Below are positions 41,213 through 50,157 of a stretch of 64,000 bases of DNA, piece after piece. A model generated the notes under the pieces. It saw only the letters and a list, made by a program, of their open reading frames with translations. It did no database searches and was not told the origin of the DNA. The translations under genes were made by a program, and so were the position numbers. Positions within the stretch are counted from its first letter, which is position 1; each line of letters begins with the position of its first letter. Source of the stretch: Paraspadella gotoi (lineage: Eukaryota > Animalia > Chaetognatha); contig CM119267.1 of the NCBI GenBank assembly GCA_051294375.1, positions 22,259,486-22,323,485 on the forward strand, read 5' to 3'.

Positions 41213-44200
41213 CTGGGATAAGAAATAAAAAAATCAATGGGATGTGGAATAAACTTGACGGGGGAAAGTAAAATTCTGAAGGCTACCCAAAAAAAAAAAA
41301 ATTACATATCTCAGCAGTAAAGGCTATCTAAGAAAGGTTGTTGTTTCTCTTGAGGGTGTTACGGCAAACGGACTGAACCGTTTCTCTGGCAAAGGCTTTC
41401 AAAGACAATTTTCGTTTTCCGAAAGTTTTGGATCTTTGAATTGTCAACCCTTGATCGTTTAACAAAACTAGATTAGGCAGTTGACACCATAATTTTTCGA
41501 AGCAATCCGAACAATACTCTTGCCAACTGACAATACCGGTTTCTCTCGAGAACATCGCCACTTGTTTGGCGAAATCGTACAAAAAAGAACTTAAAACTTT
41601 GGAGCCGACGCTATTTTTGTCGGCCATGGACGCATCAGTCAGAGTCTTCACGGGCACCGTCTTGATGTTGTCTTGAAGAAATTTATGAATCCAATGAGGC
41701 TGGGATAAGAAAGAACGTGGTTTTGTTTTTAATCTTCATTTGAACAAGAAAAATCGCTAATTACATACACCTAAAACCAGTTACGAAGCTTGAGATAAGT
41801 CTTTCCAAACGAATACCAAACGTTTCATTAATTTATATCAGACAAAAAAAGGATTAAAAAGTGGATTTTCTCATTAATTTTCTACTTAAAAAAAATTGTT
41901 TAGACAAAACAAACATCAAAATATCATTGTTAATTATAATTTAAATGAGCGTTGGAAATTCGTTTTAAATTATTAACACAAGACGACTGAACGGAGTTTC
42001 TTGCAAATGCTTTTAAAGACAATTTCTTCTTAGAATTATAAATAAACAAGCCCTTACTTTCTAGAGCAATCAAATTTGGAAAAAGACTCCAGAATTTCTT
42101 AAAAGATTCCGCAAATATCAACTGCCAATGCTTTGACTTTGATCTCTGTGTCTGTATCGCTACTTCCTTTCCAAAGTCATATAAAAAGGAATTAAAAACC
42201 TTAAAATTCACACTCTCTTTCTCTCTGATGCTTGCATCCAGTGTATTCTTCACGAGATTTGTTTTGATGTTACTTTGAAGAAAATTAAGAATCCACTGTG
42301 GCTGAGACAAAAGAAATGGTTTGTATCAAAATTAATTTCTTTGCTGCAACGCAGACAATTTCTTAAAATTATTACAAAAGGAAGATTGAACGACTGTTCG
42401 ACAAAGGGATTTTAACGAATAATTCTGCATCGTTCTTACAAATACTAAGCCAGCACTCTCTAATTCCACTAAATTAGGAAAACAATTCCACATTTTTTCA
42501 AAGGAGATTGATCGATCATTCTTTGATATAGCCTGGTTTGCCATTTCTTTTCCAAACGCATACAAAAAAGACATAAAAATCTTATAACTAACGCTGTTTT
42601 TTTCAAAACTGGTTGAATTTGATATGGACTTGACAATGTTCGTCTTGTTGTTGGATTGTAGAAAATTTAGAATCCATACAGGCTGACACAAAAAAAAAAG
42701 TTTTTTGGCTTCAATTGGCAATTATTCGAGGAGAGTGGCTTTGCCCAATAATAAATTAATAATTAGTAACTGATAAAATTAATTTTCTTTTTTTTTAATG
42801 TTAACGAATCAAACAACGGATTTCCTTTTCATATTGGCTCTACATGAGGTTCTGACAAGTTCCCTAGAATGAGCTTTCAAGGACAATTTCTGAGAAGATT
42901 TTTGAAACGAGTTTTCATTATTAAGATCAGCAAGATTTGGAAAAAAAGACCACAACTTTTCAAAGGATTCAGAAAGAAGCTGCTGCCAGTTAATAGTCAT
43001 AAATACTTGTGACTGATATGCCACTTCTTTTCCGAAGTCATATAAGAAAGAATTAAAAAGCCGAATATTAAAACTATTTTTTTCAAAAATGGTTTCATCA
43101 CTAATTTTCTTCACTTCGCTCGTCTTGACGTTGTTTTGAAGGAAATTATTAATCCATAGAGGCTGGTCAGAAAAAAGAAAACCATTTTGACATAGTCAAA
43201 TACTAATAAAGTTTTATAACACAACAGAGTTTCTTTTAAGGGTAGTTCTACAATAAGCTTGGGTGAAATTTCTGGCAAAGGCCTTCAGTGATAAAAGTTG
43301 ACATTTAGATCGCTGAATCATGGTTCCTTTTTGATCCAGCTCTTCCAAATTCGGAAAAAAATTCCACATTATATCAAAGCAAATCGTCAAAAAATCTTGC
43401 CAACTTGGGGTATTCATTCTTTGAGATTGAAACGCGACTGCCTTTCCGAAATCATAAAGAAACGAACTAAATAATTTGAAAGTTGCGCTGCCTTTGTCTG
43501 AGATTGTCCAATCACAGAACGTCTTGACTACTTTCGCCTTGGCGTTCTTCTTAACGAATTCTAATATCCAAGGTTGCTGAGATAAAAGGGAGAAGAAAAA
43601 CGTGAAAAACCATGAATGGACACCCGCGTAAGCGAAAATTTCTTGGAAAAAACAAAATAACCTAACACGGATCTCTCTCATGGGTTCGTTTACGCGGCTT
43701 ATAAAATGACTCTTGCAATCGCGACCGTACGAACGTCTTTAGCGGGGTTTTAATGCCCTTATGACGTTCTACTTTCAAATCCCCATACTTTTCGACATTC
43801 GGAAACGAGCGCCAAAATTTTGATATTACAGATTCGAAATATCTCTTGCATGCCGGGGATTTTTTGTCATCCTTAAAAGGACAAGCGACGGAAAGGAGCT
43901 TGCCCAGGTCATAGGCGACGCTACAGAGCAATTTGTGCGCGACAGAAGTCCTCTCAACGATGGCGGGGTCGTCATAGTTACGAAGATGTTGCGCTTTCTG
44001 ATTGCCTCGCACGAAATTTTCCACAATCCACTCCCCCTGATGGAGAGGGGAGAGACCCGTTTCAAAATTCTTATCTCGCGTTGAAAGAGAAAAACCAACA
44101 TGCCTTCCAAAATCGAGAAAAAAAAATCAAAATACGTTGACCGAGCCTTTTCTCTGCTTAGAAGTGCTTTTTGCTCACTCTCTTTCCCCTTCAAAAACAA

Positions 44201-46249
44201 TTTATTACTACCGCAATCACGCAATTGCAAACTTTTCGCTTATCATAAACATTATATATATATTATATATATATATATTAAACAATGAACTTTGATATTT
44301 CATTTGAGATAAATTTCGATAGAACGGCAGATAAGTCCGTTTTTGTATTTTGCTATTTGATTAGTTTATATCAAAGTCATTAGTTTACGAGAAGCGAAAA
44401 CTAAAACCATTGCAAACAGCACGAGCAGAATCCATGCTACAACTCGACTTACCGTGGAATCGTCGACAAACTGAGTGGGAAGGTCAAAGCTGGCCATATC
44501 GACGCCCTGCGCGGGGAAGCATTCGTTCTCGAAGATGATGTCGCTGTCGCCGCCGTCGCTGTGGGGACTCGGCAGATCCTCGTCGCCGCAATCGTCCAAT
44601 TTCACCACGGCCTCCTCCTCCATCTTGACCAGGGCGTCCATAGTCCGCGACGATTTAGCCGGCGAACTCGTCGTCGCCACTGTATCCTTGGGCTCGGACG
44701 GCGACGATCGTTTCCGACCGGCTCGCGACGACGGCACCAACGAGGAGAAGCCGGATCCAGACGGCGACGTCGACGAGCCTTTGGATCCGACGACCCCATT
44801 GTCGCTGTTGGACGAGAGAAGGTGCGATGGGACGAAGCCTTGCAAAAGATGCGCATCGGTTATAGAGTCGTTGCGGTGGTTGAGAGAGAGTCGGTGAGAG
44901 GAGGCGGAGGGTGGTGGGACCAGCGGCGTCTCTTTGAGGGAGGGTTGGAAGTTCTCGAGTGTCAATTCTACGTCGTTGCCGACCGGAGACAGTTGAGATG
45001 AGGCATACGATTGGCACAGATGAGTAGATCCTGAAGTTTAATTTGTTTGTAGAAAAACCAACGTCATTAAATCTTAATATATGGCAACGGGAGGATAGCC
45101 TGTGATACCCGGGCGCGGGGTATCTCACTAACTGGCGTAGGGGCTGCGGACCCTCAGTGACCGCCTCCTGTCACTGGCATGTTTATACCGGCACCGTCAC
45201 ATTTAAGCCAGAACCGGGATACCCAGGATTGAACCCGGGACGCACGGATGGAATGAGATGATTTAGCCTGCTCAGCCATTGAGACGAGGCTGAGGACGGA
45301 CAGCAGTGAGGCAGCTTTAAGTCTTGCTGCCACAGGATCCCCCACCAGACTTCTCCACAGGGGCCTCAATCCTGAGGAGATGTCTGAGAGAAGGTTTTTG
45401 ATCTCATTGCCATAGTGAGAGCGAGCGGCGAGCGAGCGAGTCTGGAGCGTTACCAGAGAAGTAGGGCATAGGCGTGATATGCATACCCTAAGCGACGTAA
45501 GCATGGGCGCACGGTGCGCAGCGGTTGCGTTGTTCGAGAGTAGGGCTCACCACTTATGGCAACGGGAGGATAGCCTGTGATACCCGGGGCGCAGGGTATC
45601 TCACTAACTGGCGTAGGGGCTGCGGACCCTCAGTGACCGCCTCCTGTCACTGCATGTTTATACCGGCACCGTCACATTTAAGCCAGAACCGGGATACCCA
45701 GGGATTGAACCCGGGACGCACGGATGGAATGAGATGATTTAGCTGCTCAGCCATTGAGACGAGGCTGAGGACGGACAGCAGTGAGGCAGCTTTAAGTCTT
45801 GCTGCCACAAATATCTTATTGTGGCGGTATACACCGCCTCACAACCGCCATCGTTCAGCCAATCCCATTGGCTCAGAGCGGGAACGCTCCATCCCAAGTG
45901 TTGCGTTCCATCCACAGTCCCAACGACTTCCCTCTGTGTTGGCAAAGCGAGACCGTCCAAGGGTAACCGCGCCAGTGGCAGGCGGCGCCACAGAGGGTCG
46001 GAAGCCCCTTAAGCCAACAGTGAGATGCCCCATCCCAATGGGCATCACCGGTAACCCGGCTGTTGCCATATTATTCAGATTTTAATTACCCGCAAACTTT
46101 CTCGATTCTGAAGTTTCTATCAAAACAAAGACGTTTGTTTCCGTGAGAGCGGAGAGCTTGAGTGCCGCTTCCACCAGGATCCCCGTGAACATAGTTTCCA
46201 GGTTTTGGAGTTGATTCATGAGTCCCAGCAAATTGTTAGCCGTCGCCAT
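40835..46249 (-). CDS. MADS-like N-terminal domain gene B: constant exons 46090-46249 and 44453-45030, plus seven alternative terminal exons
   Basis: ATG at 46249 gives MATANNLLGLMNQLQNLETMFTGILVEAALKLSALTETNVFVLIETSESRKFAG. A phase-1 intron joins it to GSTHLCQSYASSQLSPVGNDVELTLE. The phase-0 donor ACG|gtaagt is at 44452. Confidence 0.85.
41328..41699 (-). CDS. Alternative terminal exon 6 (PHWIHKFLQDN...NNNLS*)
   Basis: Acceptor ttctttcttatcccag|CCT CAT TGG; 124 codons. Confidence 0.8.
   Translation of the reverse strand, partial: PHWIHKFLQDNIKTVPVKTLTDASMADKNSVGSKVLSSFLYDFAKQVAMFSRETGIVSWQEYCSDCFEKLWCQLPNLVLLNDQGLTIQRSKTFGKRKLSLKAFARETVQSVCRNTLKRNNNLS
41930..42301 (-). CDS. Alternative terminal exon 5 (PQWILNFLQSN...HLNYN*)
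   Basis: Acceptor tttcttttgtctcag|CCA CAG TGG; 124 codons. Confidence 0.8.
   Translation of the reverse strand, partial: PQWILNFLQSNIKTNLVKNTLDASIREKESVNFKVFNSFLYDFGKEVAIQTQRSKSKHWQLIFAESFKKFWSLFPNLIALESKGLFIYNSKKKLSLKAFARNSVQSSCVNNLKRISNAHLNYN
42332..42682 (-). CDS. Alternative terminal exon 4 (PVWILNFLQSN...LQQRN*)
   Basis: Acceptor tttttttgtgtcag|CCT GTA TGG; 117 codons. Confidence 0.8.
   Translation of the reverse strand, partial: PVWILNFLQSNNKTNIVKSISNSTSFEKNSVSYKIFMSFLYAFGKEMANQAISKNDRSISFEKMWNCFPNLVELESAGLVFVRTMQNYSLKSLCRTVVQSSFCNNFKKLSALQQRN
42809..43162 (-). CDS. Alternative terminal exon 3 (PLWINNFLQNN...RKSVV*)
   Basis: Acceptor ttttcttttttctgaccag|CCT CTA TGG; 118 codons. Confidence 0.8.
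   Translation of the reverse strand, partial: PLWINNFLQNNVKTSEVKKISDETIFEKNSFNIRLFNSFLYDFGKEVAYQSQVFMTINWQQLLSESFEKLWSFFPNLADLNNENSFQKSSQKLSLKAHSRELVRTSCRANMKRKSVV
43214..43576 (-). CDS. Alternative terminal exon 2 (QPWILEFVKKN...NSVVL*)
   Basis: Acceptor ctcccttttatctcag|CAA CCT TGG; 121 codons. Confidence 0.8.
   Translation of the reverse strand, partial: QPWILEFVKKNAKAKVVKTFCDWTISDKGSATFKLFSSFLYDFGKAVAFQSQRMNTPSWQDFLTICFDIMWNFFPNLEELDQKGTMIQRSKCQLLSLKAFARNFTQAYCRTTLKRNSVVL
43662..44036 (-). CDS. Alternative terminal exon 1, proximal (GEWIVENFVRGN...ERDPC*)
   Basis: Acceptor ctctccatcag|GGG GAG TGG; 125 codons. Confidence 0.82.
   Translation of the reverse strand, partial: GEWIVENFVRGNQKAQHLRNYDDPAIVERTSVAHKLLCSVAYDLGKLLSVACPFKDDKKSPACKRYFESVISKFWRSFPNVEKYGDLKVERHKGIKTPLKTFVRSRLQESFYKPRKRTHERDPC
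45080..45809 (-). mobile_element. TRIM-like non-autonomous LTR retroelement (LTR - 220 bp internal - LTR)
   Basis: 255-bp direct repeats at 45080-45334 and 45555-45809 with TGTGGC...GCCATA ends on the minus strand. PBS-like TGGTGAGCCC 2 nt after the 5' LTR, purine-rich GGTGGGGG before the 3' LTR, and a 4-bp TSD AATA. Confidence 0.88.
45820..46070 (+). mobile_element. Solo LTR of a related family, opposite orientation
   Basis: 251 bp, TGTGGCGG...GTTGCCATA, flanked by a 4-bp TSD TTAT (45816-45819 and 46071-46074). Confidence 0.75.
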
Positions 46250-46396
46250 CTTTAATCACGGATATTCGATCTTTTTGTTTCACAAAAATATATATAAATA
46301 AAACGAAAAATCGAAGATGGAAAGTAAACATTAAAGGGCCATAATTTGTAGACGGGAGTTATCAAAAGTATAATAAATAGTTGTTAATTGAAGTGT

Positions 46397-47170
46397 TCAA
46401 GTTTTCTCGACGCTCACTTCAATTACTCTTCCTCTCTCCAATTTACTCGTTCCACTTCCTCCTTCCTTCCTCGCGAACTCGTAATCCCTGGGCTCCAACG
46501 CGATATTTCCCGGCGGCGCAACGAAAAAGTCTTCGTAGACGACGGAAGCGTTGACGAGAGCTTGGAGACGCGCCTCTTCGCCACCGCACGTCACCTCGTC
46601 GTCGCGCAAGGCCAAGGTTTCGTTCTCCAAGACTGTCGTCAGAGGTTTAGTGTCCGAAGTGTCGACAAGGCTTAACTGGTCTGCGAATCTTACCGCCGCC
46701 TGGAAGAATGTCGTGAGTTTGTTAATTTACATATTGTAGAAATTTATTAAAATCGTCGAAATAACGATCTCTTTTCTCATAATTGTAGTAACCATTACCA
46801 TTTGAAGAAAGGATTTTGCAAGACATTAGTTAAATATTAACGGCAAACACTAAACGCGGTCGCCAATAACCTCCAAAGTGCGGACCCCACGCTCGTTGCC
46901 AAAGTCAACAAGAGACTGGCGTTCAAGGAGGGAAATTGTTTCAGCGTCGATTCGTGTCACTGGCGGAAGGAGGGACTCGTCGATGGGATCCCAGCCGATG
47001 GGGACGGTCGGAAAGGCGGAGGGGGCAGCGAAGTGGTTGGGTTTAGGGTTGGCGGAAGAGGCGACGGCTTCATCGGGCGAAGTCTCAGCTAAAAAGCGTC
47101 TTAAGATTGAAAACGTTCTTAATCCACATGGTAACGCGGAATTACGAAGCGCGTTTCTCAAAAGAAACAT
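46397..47170 (-). CDS. GATC: Mitochondrial Glu-tRNA(Gln) amidotransferase subunit C, 2 exons
   Basis: Transit-like N-terminus; IDAETISLLERQSLVDF...LE|AAVRFADQL..VDT...LRDDEV...EDFFVAPPGNIAL. Confidence 0.9.
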
Positions 47171-47386
47171 GTTTTATCAACCTCATTTAACCAAAGATAA
47201 ATTTTGTCCTGTAATAAAACATTGTTATTCGTAATAAATCAATCGGGAGAAGAGGAAACAAAATTAAAAAAAAAATTCGATACATTGTATACTGTAAAAA
47301 AAGAATGAAAAAGAAAAAACAATAATTATCTCACTATTAAGTAGTAATCGATCGAGAAAGAAATAATTTCTGTTAAGATGCTAATC

Positions 47387-49161
47387 TCAATGGTTGGGGT
47401 AGGTGATGGAATAATTACAGGGCGACGCTATGGGCGGCGGAGGATTGTCGTTGTGCTGCTGGTGCTGGTGTTGCCGATGATGATGGTGATGATGGTGACC
47501 GCCGCCCGTCCTTCTCCGCCCCGACTTCTTGATTTTCAGGTCGGAGACGCCGTTGCGGACGTACTTGCGGATGAAGCTCTTGGGCGGCTTCATCAGCGCC
47601 AAGTCGGTCTTCTTGTCGACGCCCACCTGGAACTTGACGGCGTTCTCCTCCCAAACGAGAAAGTTGGGGAAGCCGTCGTAAAACTTTTGGAAGGAGGTCT
47701 CGAAGAACGCGCGAAAGGCGGGCGTCTTGTAGTCCGTGAAGGGGCAGTGGAGAAAAATGCATTTGGCGAAGTCGTAGAGGAGGGACATGGTGAGTTTGTG
47801 GTTGACGGAGGACTTGTCGGCGGCCGAACCGTCGAGGATCTGCCGGACGCGGTCGGCCTTCTGATTGTCGTGAAGAAACTCGTCCACGAAGGAGACGTTC
47901 ACCTTAAAATCAAGTTTGGTTATCGAACTGAGTCAGAAAATATAACAGTTAGGAAAAAAGAAAAAAAGCTTTGTCGATTCTACGAATCTCTCCGAACCTC
48001 AAAATTGTACGATAAGACAGAAACAAAAACTGTTCACATCGCGAAATACGCCATACGATTCTCAATCCTCAGTACCTCGTATTCGTGATCGTAATCTTGA
48101 CCGTACGGAAAACCAGGGTCGCCTAGCAACAACGACTGATCCGAATTGTCTAACGAATTTTTTTCGCCGCCGTAGCGAGACTCTTGGTCGTCGTAGGGAA
48201 CGAACCCGGCCACGCTCATGTTGTCGTCGCTGTGTCTCGGGCCTAAAGTTAATAGTTCGAACTACAAAAACGGCGCGGTCGGCGCGGACTAATCAGTAAT
48301 CACAGTAAACGGTTCCTCATGACTCATCATGACTCTTGTCATGACTTTGTATAGTCTCAATTAATTTGAAGAAACTTGAGGCAGAACGAACTCACCCTGA
48401 TCGTACTCGCCCAATCGCGGAACCTTCATCCCCGACGGCGACGTTAGTCCGGAAGAAGAGGTTCTTTTACGACCGCCTCCTTCGCTGCCTCCGCCGCCGC
48501 CGCCATGTTCGTAGTGCTTGTGATTGTCGTATCGCGAGGAAACGCCCTCGACGCGACCTTCTTCGTCGCCGCCGCCCGCGTGGCGGGGAGTCTGTATCCC
48601 TTCGTAACCGTCGTGGTGATGTTGTTGTTGTTGTTGTTGGTGATGATGGTGGTGCTGCGGCTGTTGAGGGTGTTGGGGTTGGGCTGGGGGCGGGGGAAGG
48701 TGTGGGCGGGATTTGGGATCGGACGGGAAAAGAGGCCGTTCCCGGAGAGTCTTGACGTTGGGTTCAAGAACAATCTCGATGTCGTTCCCGGTCGGAGAGA
48801 GGACGTTGCTGGCGTAGGCGTGGCACAATTGAGAAGCGCCTGGTTTGGAGGGAAGATCGGGATAAGTGAGAGCGGCTAAAGCCACAGGAGAAAGGGGAGG
48901 GAAGAAAACTACCGACCTGCGAAACGCCTGCCTTCGGAGGAATCCACCAGAACGAACACTTTCGCGTCTAAAGTAAACATTCGAACTTTTTACGCACTTA
49001 CGTACATCGAATTGCGAACAAAACGCTTCAATATTTTTTCCCTTCAACTAACCCGTCAAGGATGATAATTTCAACGCGGTTTCGATCAAAATCGCAGTGA
49101 GTGTATTCTCCATGGATTGAAGCTGATTAACGACTCCCAACAAATTGTGGGCAGACGCCAT
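47387..49161 (-). CDS. MADS-like N-terminal domain gene A, paralogue of gene B with one terminal exon; exons 49053-49161, 48917-48967, 48396-48839, 48076-48242, 47387-47902
   Basis: MASAHNLLGVVNQLQSMENTLTAILIETALKLSSLT|DAKVFVLVDSSEGRRFA|GASQLCHAYASNVLSPTGNDIEIVLE. The terminal exon (FVDEFLHDNQKA...SLLYDFAK...FQKFYDGFPN...KSFIRKYVRN) is homologous to the cassettes. All junctions are GT-AG and in phase. Confidence 0.82.
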
Positions 49162-50157
49162 GTCCTTTTATTGGGCGAATGGAAACAAGACAGTTTGCCT
49201 TTCCTTTCCTCCTCCTTCTATTGATAGAAATAAAAACAAGTGTGGAGACAACAATTAAGGAATAAGTAGTCTATAGCCTTCGCACAAGGAATCTCAGAGG
49301 CTTTAAATATATTTATCTACGTTTGACGGTTTTTATTTGTAATTTAAAAAAAAAAAAAACGGAATATCACTACGAGGAATGTATTTCATTAAAAAATGAC
49401 TTCAAATTTGTAGTACGAGTTAATTCTTTTTATTTTCTAAAAACAACTACGTACGTTTTTGATGGTTTCTAGGTGAATTGAATGCAACTTACTACTTGGA
49501 TAAACCTCTTCTTTTCTAGTAAGATAATATGATAAAAATAGCTAAAACTGTTTGGTTTAAAGGGTTAATTTTTTCCAGGGGAATCCCCTTCGCTTAAATC
49601 ACCTATTTTTAAACCAATACCAAAAAAAAGACAAAAAAAAGATAAATTACAAAAGCGGTACAAGCGTCGTTTCACAGAAAAAAGAAAATTCGATTCTCGG
49701 TTAAAACTCACTTGACAAATAAAACAAATAAATACTTCTGAGCCTTTTAATAGGTTTTTTTTTTTTTAATTTCAAGCCGATTCGGTTTCGTAAAAATAAA
49801 AGTCACCATTAGACATAAACGAAGTAACGCGTGTGAAATTTGGTTTTAGTTAACATCGACTGAAAGCGGTGATGACTAATAATTTTTTTGTCGCGCATTG
49901 TGCCAAATATTATTTTTGCTTTCTTTTTTTTTTCACATTGGCTAAGTCTCATTTACAGCTAGTGAGGAATACTTAATTGGCTTTAGAAGTATTACTTCGG
50001 ACGATGACTACATAAATGCATATTAAAAGAGATTGAGAGAAGGAAGAGAGAGAGAGCTCGGAGAAGGACAGAGCGAGAGCGAGAAGAGCGAGATTAAAAG
50101 GGTGAAAAAGTTTTTGTACGGATTATTTTTAAAAAAAAAGAAAGAAAGGACCAAAGG

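Noticed and set aside
40835-44036. Seven separate small tandem genes or a CRISPR-like array
   Set aside because: The units lack start codons at the domain boundary and begin at splice acceptors. Similarity is at protein level, with no identical DNA repeats or spacers.
44037-44452. Dscam-like docking/selector complementarity
   Set aside because: I found no convincing complement to the cassette spacers by eye. It needs a computational search.
45079-46071. A single DNA transposon with ATATGGCAAC inverted termini
   Set aside because: Better explained as two oppositely oriented LTR elements, each with its own 4-bp TSD.
45154-46085. ORFs inside the GC-rich intron insert
   Set aside because: No gag, RT or integrase motifs; they are incidental frames in LTR sequence.
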